NCBI GenBank assembly: GCA_001643675.2
Contig: LSRY02000045.1
Location: 248,001-312,000 of the forward strand
Source of the DNA: Monocercomonoides exilis PA203
Taxonomy: Eukaryota; Protista; Preaxostyla
Reading direction: 5' to 3'
Length of the DNA: 64,000 nt
Shown here: piece after piece, positions 51,001 to 64,000 of the stretch
Layout: the number at the start of each line of letters is the position of its first letter
How positions within the stretch are numbered: the stretch's first letter is position 1
Translations under genes and position numbers: made by a program
Notes under the pieces: generated by a model
What the model was told of the DNA's origin: nothing
Database searches by the model: none
What the model saw: only the letters and a program-made list of their open reading frames with translations

Positions 51001-54000
51001 GAATGTGAGGGTGCCGAGTGGAATGACATCTTCGTGTTTGATAAATGTTCAGAGTGCAAGCTCAATAAAGAACATTGCATTCCAAATTCCATTTCTGTTG
51101 TCAAGTGCAACATCGCTCATTGTTTTGACAAGCTCATCACTCACACTCACAGACTGCTCAGTTGCTCATATATCAGAGAGCACATCGAGTGTGGCCTTTG
51201 GATACAGCATTGTGAATGCGCAGGGTGGGAGTCTGAAAATGGAACGATTTGTGATTGGTGGAGCACTTGTGTTTGGAGCTCATTCAGCGATTGAATTTTC
51301 TGAAGGAATGACGAGTGTGATATGTTCAGGATGCAATATCAGCGGAATCAAAAGGAATGAGGGAGATGGAGGATGGATGAAAGGAACAGTTGGGTCGAGT
51401 GGAACGTTGACAGTTGAAGGATGCAATGTGAATGGGTGCAGTTGTGGTGGTGGAAAAGGAGGAGGAATCTATGTTGGATTGAAGGGAAGCGGAAAAGTGG
51501 TTGTGAGTGGAACGAGTGTGATTGATGGGAATAAGGCAGAGAATAATGGAGGGAATGGAGGGAGAGGAGGAGGGATGTTTGTATTGATGGAGAGTGGAGG
51601 ATGTGGATTGACAATTGGGCAGGATGTGAAGTTTTCGAAAGTGAATGGGAATGTTGCAACATATGGAAAGGATGTGTTTGTTCGTTGTGGGAGTGGAGTG
51701 TTTTTGGATTCAAAAGTGAATGCACAATCATTTGCATTTTTGACGCAAGCACCATTCCATCAGATGTGTTGAAATTGAGTGGATGCGAAAATGGGGAAGA
51801 AAATGGTGTGATTCCACTGTTTGTGTATTTGTGCACAATGGGGTCAAAAGTGCTTGTTGATGGGAGTGGAGGAAATGGGAAGGACCACAGTCATTGTGGA
51901 TTTGATGGATTCAGGTGTTTGACAGTTGATTATTGTGCGAACTCAAGAATGAGCAGCACTGTGAATGAAATTGAAATTGTCTCATCTTCTTCAATTGCCA
52001 AGGAAATAACAGGACCATCATCATTTGGTGTGATAATTTCAGGCAGAATAGCGTTATCCGATGGAGAGAGGATGGGGGTGAATGTGAGTGATGGAGGATC
52101 AGCCACACAAGATTGGCTTGTTGGATGTTCGAGTTCAGTGACAATGAGCCGACTTTCATTTGTTGTGAAAGGTCAGTTGAAATCAAGGAGAAGTGCATTC
52201 ATCCATTCAACATCAACACTCAGTATGACGAACTGTTCAGTCTCATTTGAGAGTGGGGCATTGACCAATGGAAAGATCGGATACAGCATCATTGGCATGG
52301 CAGGAGGGAATCTGATTGTTGATGGATTTGTGATGGAAAGTTCATTGAAGACGAATGGGAAATCTCCAATAACGATGACAAGTGGAGTTCAATTGGAATT
52401 GAAGAACAGCAGAGTGAGTGGAGTGGAGGTGGAAGTTGCAGGTGGAAATGGAGGAGGGGGATGTTTGAATGTTGGGATGGGGGATAATGGGAATGTGAAA
52501 ATTGAAGAAAGCAATTTTTCATCAAGATGCACAGGTGGAAGTGGAATGAAAGGGGGAGGGATGATGATATCAGTTGGAAGCGGAGGAACATTGAGGGTGA
52601 AAGGAGTGAAATTATCAGGATGTGAAGTTCCATCAGAGGATATTGAGAATGGAGGGAGAGGAATTGGGGGAGGGATGTTTGCTGAATTTGTCAATCAAAT
52701 GGGAACATTTTCATTGGAAAGCATGACATTTAGTGGGTGCAATGCATGGAAAGGGAAGAATTTGTTTGTAGAAGCGTCGGATTTATCGGCTGCCATCAAC
52801 AGCACATCAATAGGATTCAATCCAGAAATTGGAATTAATGTTGCAGACTTGAATGAACTTTGTGGAAGAGAAAGAGACAAGGCAGAGCTGATTGTTCCAC
52901 TTGTTGTGTTTCTTCGAACATTTTCATCTCCAGCATATGTGAGTGGGAGAGAATTAGGAAGTGAATTCAGGCTGTGTGGATATGAAGATTTCCCATGCAT
53001 AGGAATTGGGAATGTTGGAGAAGTTCAGTTTCCGAGTTCAAAGAGAGTGATCAGACTGACAAGCACATTTTCATTTGTTGAAGAAGTGAAGTTGGATGAA
53101 CAATCATATGAGATTGATTCGAGCAACAAAGATGTTGGATTGAAAGTTGGAGGAACAGGAACAAAAACACAAGAAGCATTGGTGATGAACAGTGTTTCAT
53201 CAACATTGACAGGGATATTATTTGAATTGGGAGAATCGATTTGGGAACATACATCATTTGTTCATTCTTCAGGAGGGACATTGAGGTTTGCTGATTGTGG
53301 GATAAAGATGGGTAATGGAGTGGATGCAGTGAATTATGAGTTTGCGAGTGCAAGTGGAGGGAATGTGGAGATTATCCGGATGAGTTGTGGAGGGAGTGAG
53401 AGAAAAGTGAAATTTGGAATGAAGGCATTCATTGTTATTAATGGAAATGGGGGTGCTTCGATTGAGGATTCGTTGCTTGAGAGTGTGGAAACAACAAATA
53501 TGAAGGGATTGATTGATTATTCATCATCATCGAGTTCATTGACGATTGTGAATGTGACAGCACAAGAATGTGTGATGGGAGGAAAAGGACTGATATGGGA
53601 TGATAATGGAAAGAAGCTGGGGATGAGGAATTGCACGATTATGAAGATGAGCAGTTTGGAGGGAAATGGGAGTGTTGTGAGTGGAGAAGTTGGAAATGGA
53701 TGTGCTGTTGAGGTGAATGATGTTGTGATTGAAGGATGTGGAACATTGAAGGGATGTGGAGGAGGGATGAGTGTGATATTGAGGGGAACAGGAGAAATGC
53801 GTTTGGGGAAGAGTGGAGTGGTAACATCATTTGAGAAATGTTCGGCTGGAGGTGAGGGATCAATTGGGGGATATGGAGGAGGAGTGTTGCTGAGATGCGA
53901 AGAAGGAGGAAGCGACTTTGTGATGAGTGGATTGACATTTGGAAGAGGTGAGGGAGCAAACACAGCGGCACATGGAGGAAACAATATGTTTGTTGAAGGA

Positions 54001-57000
54001 ACATATTTGTATCAATTGGTGAATAATGTTTCATTCGACTTCTCATTTGAGACTGAAGGAGATGGATTCAACATAAAAGATCTTATGGGAGCAGAAGATG
54101 GAAATGAGTTGAAATTGATCCCCGTTGTGGTGTTCTTTCGAGAGAAGCCGAGTGTTGGGTATGTGAATGGGGGAAATGGAGGGATGGACTATCATAAATG
54201 CGGATATGCTGACTTTGCATGCTCCACATTGACATATGCAGGAACAAGTGTTTTTGACACGTCGCCAGCAACACTGAAACTTGTCGATGGAAGTTTTATT
54301 TTCGATGAAATGACACTCAACACTCAAGAAATGAACATTGATGGAGATATTGAAAAGGCAAAGATTGGAATAAGCGAAGGAGGAGAGGAAGGAAATGAAT
54401 TTTTGATAAAGAGCGAACAAACAATATCATTTTCATCATTGGCATTATCGATATCAACATTTGCCGAATCAAGAAAGGAGTATGTATTTCTGTGCAGTTC
54501 AAGCACATTGAGATTTGAAGGATGTTCATTTGGAGCAGAATCAGAAAGTATTGGAGTGGGATTGATTTGCGGGAAAGGAGGGAAAGTGGAGTTGGCAAAT
54601 TGTGAATTTGAAAATATCCGAATGACCAAATTAGGGATGGTGACTTTTGATGGAGCAGGGGTTGGAGGATTGATTGATGAGGTGATTGTGAGGAATGTGA
54701 CAAGAGAATATGAGGGAAGAAGCTTATTTGAGCTGAGAACTGGAGGAGATATTGAGATTAAGAACACGACGATGAATGAATCTCATTTTGATGATGGAAA
54801 TGAGATTGAGATTGGAGAAGGGATTAATGCGAAAATCTGGAACTGCACATTCAAATCAATTCAGAGAGTGAATGGGAATGGAGGGGTGTTGAATGGGAGA
54901 GTGGGGAGCGGGAAGTGTGTGGATATTAACAAATGCGTGTTTGAGGAATGCGGATGCGAGTCAATGAGCGCAATTGGGGGAGGGGTTGTTCTGATTGTGG
55001 GAGATGGAGGAAAACTGTTGTTTGATGATAACAAGATGAATGGATGCACAGTTTCAGAGAGAACCGGAAAAGGAGGAGGGTTGCATCTGACATTTGAAAC
55101 AACGAATGCAGAATATTCTATGAAGAATGACACTTTCACGAACAATGTGGCAGAAAAAGGAGAAGATGTGTATTTGGTGTGCGGATCACCATGGACGATG
55201 CTTCTTCCAGCGTTGTGGGAAGGGACAGCCACAAGAGTCACAGCAGAAAATAAGATGTGGGTGCTTGAGTCATCTGAAGCAAGAAAAGAAGACTCACTGA
55301 TCAATTATCTGTTTCCAAGGTTGGGAACGGATTTGTTTGTGAGCAATACTGGAAACGGATTATCAAGTTGTGGAGCGAAAGAAAATCCTTGCTCGTCTGT
55401 TGATATTGGGTTTGATCGGTTGAACGATGAGATAGAGAGGATTATGCTTGTTGGTGCTGCTTCAGTGAGCAAGACTATCAACAGAGGTGGGAAAGGACTG
55501 ACAATCAAAGGGAATGAAGTTACAAAAAAACTGGTTGTTGAAGAGGGAGGGAAATTTGAATTGATAGAAGGAGATGGGCAAACACATTTGACTTTGTCAC
55601 TTCTTCAGATTTCGCTTCCATGCTCCTCCTCTGCAAGTGCAAGTGGTGATGAATCGATTGTGGAAGTGAGGATTGGTGAATGCTTCATTTTGGATTGTTT
55701 GTTTTCAAAAGGAGGTGGGAATTCAAATGTGAATGAGTGTGGGAAGTGGATAGTGATTGGGAATGGAGGAGTCATTCGAATAGAGAGAACAGAAATGAAT
55801 GGGATAACATTTGAAGGATGTGGAATTGCAAGATTTGGAGGAGGGAATGTGATATTTGAGAACTGTTCATTGGATGGGATTGAGACCAGCGGAGAAGGAG
55901 TGATAGTGGGAAATGGTGGATCTGAAGTGACATTGAGGAACATGACAGCATTGGGGTGTGTTGTGGGAGCAGGATCGCTGATAACGTCGAATGGAGGATC
56001 GAGTTTGATGGTTGATGGAGAAAGCAGATTTGAGAATATCGAGACAGAAAGTGTGAGTGGAGGGTGTTTGAAGAGTGAGATGAAGCTGAATGATTTGCTT
56101 GAAATTGGACCATCATCCATATTGAAATGCTCTGCGAATGGAAATGGAGGAAGAGGAGGAGGAATATATCTGGATTTGAGTGATGATTGTGTGAATAACT
56201 TTTCACTTTCAACATTGACATTCGAAGGCAATGTTGCAACTGAGGGAAGGGATTTGTTCATTTCGTGCAAGAAACTGAATGAAACAGTGACGAAGGAGAG
56301 GTTTGGATTTGAATACAAATATGAAAATGGAGAAGGAGAATGGATGGCAGTTGATATGAAAGGGATTGACAGAGACTATTTTGCAGAGAGTGTTGATCTT
56401 GGGCTGTTTCTTGTTGAAATGAAGGGAATGGAGGTGTGTGTGTCGAAGGATGGATATGACACATTGGGATGTGGGAGCGATGGATATCCATGTGAATCAA
56501 TGTGGAGTGGAATAAGCCACATTGACAGAAGTGGAACGGAAGGAGAAAGGAAAGTGAAAGTGAGGGATGAAGGGACAATTGAAGATATTTATTCTTTCAC
56601 AGATGCACTTGCGATTGATGGGTGTGTGAATGAAGGAGATGATGATAAACACAGGACAATTCATTTTGAAGGGACAATCAATGGGGATTCTGCATCATCC
56701 TCATCTGTTATTTCATCAACTGTATCATTAAGCTTGTTTTCTTTGAAGCTGCAGATTCCAAGTCAATTTGTACCAAGTATGAATTCCTTGATCTCTTCTA
56801 GTGGGGTTCTTAAACTCGAAAGCTGTTTATTTAGCATCCAATCATCAACGACCATTCAATACTCATTGATATCCACAATAAGTGGAAGTTGCATATTGAA
56901 AGGATGTAGTCTGACAGATTTTTCATTTTCCATTTCACCACTGGTAATGGCTTCTTCTGTTTTGTTCGAAAACAGCAACTTTTCAAACATTAGGAACACT

Positions 57001-60000
57001 GGAAGTGGTGAAGAAGGAGGCGTTGCAAAAGTGATATTGCAAGGGAATGAAAAACTGGAAATAAAATCAACAAATGCATCATCGTGTTCACTTTCATCAG
57101 GCAATGGAAAAGGAGGATTTCTGTATTTGGATTGCCAAAATTGTTTGAATGAGAAGCCATTTGTTTTTGATGCTGACGTAACTTTTAAGAATAACAATGC
57201 AGCCATTGGAAAGAATGCGTTCATTTTTGCATCTGATCTGAACAAGACCGTGACAAATGATTCATTCCACTTCAATTACTTGCCCATGATAAATGACAGC
57301 AATTTGTTTGTTGGGAGTGACAACTTTCATTCAAACAATGATTTGTTCATGTTTCTGATTCCATACAGCTCAACTGAGATATTTATCTCATCAGAAGGAT
57401 TTGATGTGGCACGTTGTGGAAGTGAAGAAGAGCCATGCTTCACAATGTGGAAAGGGATGGAAAACATGAAAAAGGAGATTGGAAAGAAAACAATTCAGAT
57501 TAAAGGATCAACAATCATTCGAGATTCATTCAATGTGTCCAATTATCAGATCAAAAGAGTGTGAAGATGGGAGAAGAGAATGTGAAAGCGATATTGAATT
57601 TTGAAAAGGCAATTGGAAATCAATTGGAATATTTCATGGAAAACGATGTTCGTCTTGAATTTTTCAACATCCAACTTCAACTAACATCTGGATTTGACAA
57701 CTCAGCCAAAACAATTATTTCCAACAAAAATGGAGAATTGGTGATAAGTGAATGTTCATTCCATTCAGAAGCAAGAGTGAACAATGGATTTGATTGTGTG
57801 TTTGTGGATGTGATTGGAGGCAATGTGGAAGTGAATGATCTGTCGATGGAATCATGCAATGTTGGAAACAGTATTTTTGTCATTCATGATTCTGGAATTA
57901 CTTGCCATTTTGTGAATGTTCGAGTGGAATCGTTGAATGAAAGCAGAGAATGTCTTCTTCTGATCAAAGGAACTGAATTAACAACAAAGATAAATGAAGG
58001 AGTCGAGGAAATGAGTCTCAACATTGATAATTCGTCATTTTCAGGAGTGAAGAGAAGTGACAATGGAGCAAGCATTTTGGAGTCAAAGAGTGAGAATAAG
58101 ATTTGTTTGGTTGTGAATTCGAGCAACATCACAGAAGACAAAGCTGAATCAAGTGAAAAAGGAGGGGCGATATTCTTCACATTGGGTGCATCTGGATCAA
58201 TGAAGATGATTAAGTCCGAAGTCAGTCAATGCAGCTGCACCAATGGGAAAGGAGGAGGGGTGTATCTGGCAACAAAAGAACGAGGGGAATTGAATTTCAC
58301 ATTTGTTGGAATGAAATTCAGTTCAAACACAGCAAGAGTGGGGAATGACATTTTCATTGAATGTTTCAACATCTCTTCTCAGATCAATGAAAGTCAATTT
58401 CAGTTTGATCTTCGAGAGAATCATTACTCACGAATTAATGCAATCTATGGAATTGATAGTTGTGAACACAAAGAAGATGCAAATCTGATTGGATTTGTGA
58501 CTATCCATCAGAGTGACACAATTGTTGTGAGCAGTGAGGTTGGATCGAATGACAGACAATGTGGAACAAACACACTTCCATGTGATTCAATTGAGCATGG
58601 GCTGGTGCATTTGACATCTGAATATGTGAGTCTATTGTATGTTGACGCTGAGAGTGTGATTGGAAGAGAAATTAATCTGGAGGAGATGAGTCTGAGTTCG
58701 AAGAGCAGAGAAAATTGTAAAGTTGAAGTGAAATCAAACATTGAAAAAACAAGAGAGACATTGATAACAACAAGAGAAACAGTCTCGTTGGTGAGAGTCA
58801 GCTTTGTGTTTGATTCGTATTTCATCTCTTCACATGAATCATTGATGTCACCCGAAAGAGGAATTCTTGAGATAATAAATTGCTCATTTGACTCAAAACA
58901 ATCGGCTGGAGAAGGAAGTATAGAATTAGCAAACATTCCATTTCACATTTTCAACATGGCAAAAGGAGAATTACAACTCGATGGATGCACAATATCAAAT
59001 CTCATTCTTCATAAATCTGCATTGTCTCTTTCATCACCACTTCCATCAGTGATTTATTTGTTTGAGATCAGCAATTCAACAGCTAAAACTTCTCTGATAG
59101 ATATTAATGAATGTGGACAATTAAACATGGAAAAGTTTCATTCAGAAAATATCACAGTTGAGGGAAATGAAGAATTATTGATATCTTGCTTGTCAATGAA
59201 AAAGACAATTCAATTTTCAAATTGCACAATTGGTGGAGTCGGTTCAAAGACAACAAAAGGGAAATTGATGAAATTGGAGGATTGTTTGGATGTGAAAATG
59301 GACAGTTGCATTTTTAATGGAAATTCAAAGGAAAGAAACGAGAAGAATTTGAATGAAGGGGAAGAGATGTGCAGATGGTCAGGATCTCTTATGGATATTG
59401 TGAAAAGTTCTGTGATGATGAAAGTTTCAACAATATCGAATACATCAGATGGAGGAATAACAATGAGGGGAGGAAATGTGAATATTGAGAAAGGAGAATT
59501 TTTGAGTAATAATCCATCAATTGAAGGATATCCATCATTGAGAAGAAATATCATCTGCTCAGATTCAGGAACATTGAATGTGATGAGTTTGAAAGGAGGA
59601 GATGGAGTAAAAGATAGCTCCTCACTTTGGATGTTGAATGAAGGGTGCAGTTTTGAAGGGATTGTTTCTGAGAGAGATTCATCATTCTTCATTCCTGTTC
59701 TGGAGAGTGTGGAAGCAAAAGAAGAAGCAAACAGAATGAAGCTGACATTCAAAGGAATGCTTCTTGTTCCATGCAATTTGTCATTCTCAGTTGTGAAGAA
59801 GAAGGGAGAAGAGAAAGAGATTGAACATTATGATTTTGATTCAAATGGATTCTTGTCAGAAAATGAAGCAGAAGGAAGTGTTGCAAAAGATCTCATCAGC
59901 AATTGTGGAAATGATGTTGAGGTGAGTGTGTGTATTTTGTTTGGGAATGAAGAATCTCCGTCATCAACAAATTCATTCGTTCTGAAGAACAAAAGTGAGA

Positions 60001-61055
60001 TTGAATCAAAGGGGGATGAAATAATCTCAAAAGGAGAGGATAATATTGAATGGAGTTTGTTTGCGTTTATTGGGTGCATTGTTGTTCTGGTGCTTTTTGT
60101 TGGTTTGTTTGTTGTGGTGGTTGTGTTTCTGCGAAAGAAACTGAGAGAATCAGAAAAGAAAGTTGAGAAAGAGAGATTGGAAAACGAGGAGATAATGGGG
60201 AAGATAGAGAGGCGAAGAAGGGGAAACAATGGAGGAAGTTTTGAGATGAGTGAAATGCCATCGACATTACTGGAAGGGATGACAAGCCAAATTCCGCTAC
60301 TCATTGACAACGATGAAGAAGATCTTCCAGAGCCTCCTTCGGTGAGCAGTGAAGAATTTCTGAATGAAAATGATTTGCCAGATTTGGAATTTCCATTGTC
60401 ATTTTCCGGGAATGCTTCTGTTTCTGGGGTGTTGCAACCGCATTCATTCAATGTGATATCAGCAAAGAAGCCATTTCGAGAGAAGGAGAAAAATAACATC
60501 AAAACATTGCACTCAGTGATTCATTCAGTACAAGGTAATTTCACCCTGGGAACAAGAGCGATGGATGTTATTGATGGGAAGGAAGTGGTTTTGGCGGTGG
60601 CAGAGCTGTTTGAGCATTTGATTTCAGTTGGAGATGAAAGGGTGGAAATGATGGGGAAACAATTGAGCCCATATTCGATCTTTGTTGAGGAAGGAATTGA
60701 AAATGAAATATTTGTTTTGACAGAGGAATTGAAAGATGAAAAGCAGAAGGAAGAAATGAAGCGATGGAAGGCGCCTGAAGCGGGAGATGAAGAAGAGGAT
60801 ATGGAAAAGGCAGTCGTTTTCACACTTGGACTGATTCTGCATGAGATGACAACTGGGGAAGTGCCATTGAGTGAATGTGAGGCGGAGGAAGCTCAGAAGA
60901 TGATGAGAGATGGAGTGCGACCGCTGACAGAAGGAATTGAAGGAGAAGATCTGGTTGAGCTGATGGAGAAGATGTGGGCAGATGAGCCGAAGGAAAGACC
61001 CACCTTGGTAGAGGTGAAAGAATCATTGAGAGAATTGATAGAAAACGATGCGTAG
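48081..61055 (+). CDS. Giant (~4300 aa) Cys/Gly-rich beta-solenoid single-pass receptor with a C-terminal TKL-like pseudokinase; split by three 1-bp deletions
   Basis: ORFs 48081..50801, 50786..51772, 51601..57564 and 57561..61055 join by restoring one base at ~50762, ~51741 and ~57556. Repeated GGA(I/V)/GGG..FxxN motifs and CG-x4-PC-x-T/S units; TM WSLFAFIGCIVVLVLFVGLFVVVVVFL-RKK (~60051-60131); kinase C-lobe motifs RWKAPE, VFTLGLILHEMTTGEVP, PKERPT. No signal peptide at the ORF start, so the 5' end is uncertain. Confidence 0.85.
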
Positions 61056-61379
61056 CCACAATGAACAAAAGAAATTAGATGCATTCTGATCAGGATTGCA
61101 CGTTTTCCATTCACTTCAAATTCTTAACATTTCACATTCATCTATTTTAAAAAAACAAACAACTTTACAAATTAATGGAAACTGCTTATTACAGAATTAC
61201 AATTCCAAGAATCACTTCACTTTCTTTCACTTACTTATTCTAACGTTCCATTACGTCAAATTCAATTTATTCTTCCTGCTTCTTTCTTTTCTACTCTGCC
61301 TTCATCTCCTTCAACTCCTTCATTTTTTTCATCATCATCTTCTTCTTATAGTTCTGCGACTTCTTTTTCGAATTTATTT

Positions 61380-62965
61380 TTGCCAATGTTGTTGTCAGAT
61401 ATTCATTTTGCATGTATTTTTAGCGCAGACAGGGCAGTGTCGTTTTCTGTTTCCGAAGGCAAAGGCGGGGCGGCCACTCAGAGACAGTCGCTGACGTTCC
61501 TATTTCAGTCTTTGTCAATTAATTTCAGCCAGCCTGCCACAAATGTTGTGATTGCGATTATTCGCTCTGACTCAAATCAACTCACCGAAAAATAGATTTT
61601 TACCCGTCGACATCACACAATTCATTTTCAACTTCTTTTTTGAAAGGATCGAGTTCATTTCACAATTCTCCATTATCTTTCCCTCTTCCTCATCTTCCCC
61701 ATCTTCCCCATCTTCTCCCTCTTCGCCCACTTCATCACCTTCATCACCTTCATCACCTTCCTCCTCATCATCTTCTTCTTCGTCGTCTTCTTCTTTGTTT
61801 CCGTCTTCACCACCTGGAAATATGAAATTAATTTTCCCTCTATTTTTTGTTCATCATTTTCTTCTCCTTCTTCGCCATATTCAGTCTTGTCTTCTTCATC
61901 CACTTCTATATCATATTTTCCATCATCATCTTCATCTTCCATTTCTTCTTTACCCAGCACCTTCACCAACACCACCACATCCTTCTCCTTCTCCTTCTCC
62001 TTTGGCGAGCTGACTGAGCGACATGTTCATCTGAATGAGGGTGTCAGTTCTGGGAGTGTTTGCAGGGCTGGTTCACAGGCAGTTGATTTGGGGTTGAATG
62101 TGGAGCATGTTTCATTTGGTGTCAGCAGCCGTTCACAGCCGCTTTTTGGGAAGAGAGGAGGAAATGAATGAGATGGCGAGGATGTGGGAGGGATAAGGCA
62201 AGAGACCGATTGCATTCGAATCATCGCTTTCCTTTTTGTCAGCTGTTCAACCATCTTCATCGTCATCGTGATCTTCTTCTTCTTTTGCTTCTGTCTGCAG
62301 CCTGTGGGCAATGAGACATTTTTGAGGAATGGAGATGAAAGAGGTGGGCAATGCAGGGCATTGGTGGAGCCAGAGATGGAAATGGCAGTTTGTGTTGCTT
62401 GGAGCAGAGAGCGAGATGAATGAGAGAGAAGAGAAGAAAGAGAAGGAAGAGAAGAAAAAGAAGAGGAAGAAGCAAAGGGGAAAGAAGTGATGTTCATTTC
62501 TGTCTTCTCTTTTCCGATGAGGTCAGCCACCCGCTGTGCAGCATCTGCCTTCCTCGTTCAGCATTGAGCACTCAGCAAATCGAGTGAAGATACACATCAT
62601 CTCTTCTCTTCTCCTCTGCCACACCGACGCCACACCGACGCCACACCGACACCACTGCAACGCTGCAGTCACATCCATCGGGTGGTGTCTGAAGAACACG
62701 GGCAGCTCCCCTTTGCCAAGTGATGACAGCACAGCAGCAACAGCGGCAGCAGCAACAACAGCAGCAGATTGTGCATGGGGTAGCTGTGGAGCGGTTTCCG
62801 CAGGAGCGACTGGCCAAGCATCTCCGGCACGATGTTCGCCTCCTCCGCGGAGTTATCTCTTGTCAGGATGGTCTCGCGCAGCTGGTCATTGCCCTCGATC
62901 TTGTCGGAAGATGGAACATCGGGCTGTGTGCTGGCAGCACAGCCACTTTGTTTGATGTGTTTTGA
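61380..62965 (-). pseudogene. Decayed hypothetical gene with acidic and Ser-rich tracts
   Basis: Broken minus-strand ORFs (62027..62530, 61673..61978); no domain recognised. Confidence 0.3.
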
Positions 62966-63724
62966 AAGGGCGAGAGGACTTTCAGAAGAAGACTGCTGCG
63001 ATGGGAGAAGTCATTCACCAGAGAGGAGATGGAGCGGAGAAGCGATGGGAAGGGGAATGGTGAGGACAGGCTGTGTGGAGGATGAGAAGGGAAAGAGAAG
63101 GGGAAGGAATTTCTGGAAGAGGGCGAGAAAGATGAATGAAAGGAGAGGGGTGTTGTTTTCGGAGAATATTGTGAGGTGGATGGAGGAGGAGAATAACAAA
63201 GACAAGAAACTGAGAGCAGCCATCGCTCTGGAATTGTGAGGGGAAAGGGGAGGACGATGGCGAAGAAAAGGCAGAGGAATGAGCAGTGGATGGCCGGGCG
63301 TGGTGATTTGGATGGAAGGATCAGGCACAACATTTGGGAATGAGATTTTGTGAAGAGTTTTAAGTGAGCTGTGGAAATGGGATGTTTTGGGGGATGTTCA
63401 AGATCTTATGAAATATGATTGAATTGCGAAAAGAATTGTTTGTCACATGATTTATTCGCCTTCTTCAATTTGAACTTCCTCATCTTCCTCATTTTCTTCA
63501 TCTTCCTCATTTTCTTCTTCACTGTCATTATCTCCATTGTCACCATCATGTTTTCATTTGCACCACCGCAACAAATGAAAGTGTTTTTATGTGAAATCTT
63601 CTTCTTGGTTATTATCATTTTTGTCTTCATAGCCTTCGACAAGTCTGAGCTTTCCCTCTAATTCGTCTGCTTCTTCATCTTCATCTTCCCCTTCGATATT
63701 TTTAAGATTAGGGTTTGTGGAGGT

Positions 63725-64000
63725 TATTTGAGAAGAAGCAACAAGAAGTTGGACTTTGGATGTTTATTTTTTTTGAGGAAGCAGAAGGGAAGCGAAGATG
63801 AGGCAGAAGTGTTTTGTTGGTAAAAAGGAACGATATTTGGAGGAGAAGAAGAAAGTTTGAGAAGAATGATCATTATAAAAGATATAGGTTTGCCACTTTT
63901 TTCAATGTTCTTTTTCATCAATTATTATTGTTGTTGAAATTAGAATATTTTGCGGGTATATTTACTGCGAATATATGCCTATAGAATATGGAAAGAGAGG
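63725..64000 (+). repeat. Paralog of 16860-17150; predicts another receptor-family copy just beyond the window
   Basis: Clear nucleotide similarity to the segment ~400-650 bp upstream of ORF 17520. Confidence 0.75.

Noticed and set aside
48159-61114. Many minus-strand ORFs overlapping the giant receptor gene
   Set aside because: Antisense shadows caused by codon bias.

Overview
AT-rich eukaryotic (protist) DNA read with the standard code. The gene families and composition resemble an oxymonad such as Monocercomonoides, but this is inference only. Main content: (1) 1-8202 is a giant inverted duplication centred on a ~5.8 kb virus/plasmid-like element (1199-7004). The element has ~1.5-1.65 kb TIRs ending in a ~250 nt branched hairpin, a small basic ORF in each TIR, and one central decayed AEP primase / SF3 helicase gene; no integrase, capsid or pPolB gene is visible. 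(2) A family of Cys/Gly-rich beta-solenoid (GGA[I/V]/FxxN-type) single-pass receptors with a degenerate kinase tail. There is one ~13 kb near full-length gene (48081-61055, broken by three 1-bp deletions) and two truncated copies (7828-9060, 17520-19700) covering a hypervariable N-terminal domain with mosaic identity. (3) DNA transposon relics: a Merlin/IS1595-like element with TIRs and an 8-bp TSD, a ~205 bp MITE family (3 copies), a 2.1 kb TIR element carrying a TBC-like gene fragment, nested degenerate inverted-repeat elements, and a 929 bp near-perfect palindrome. (4) Decayed hypothetical genes and (GAA/TTC)n tracts. All alignments were done by eye.
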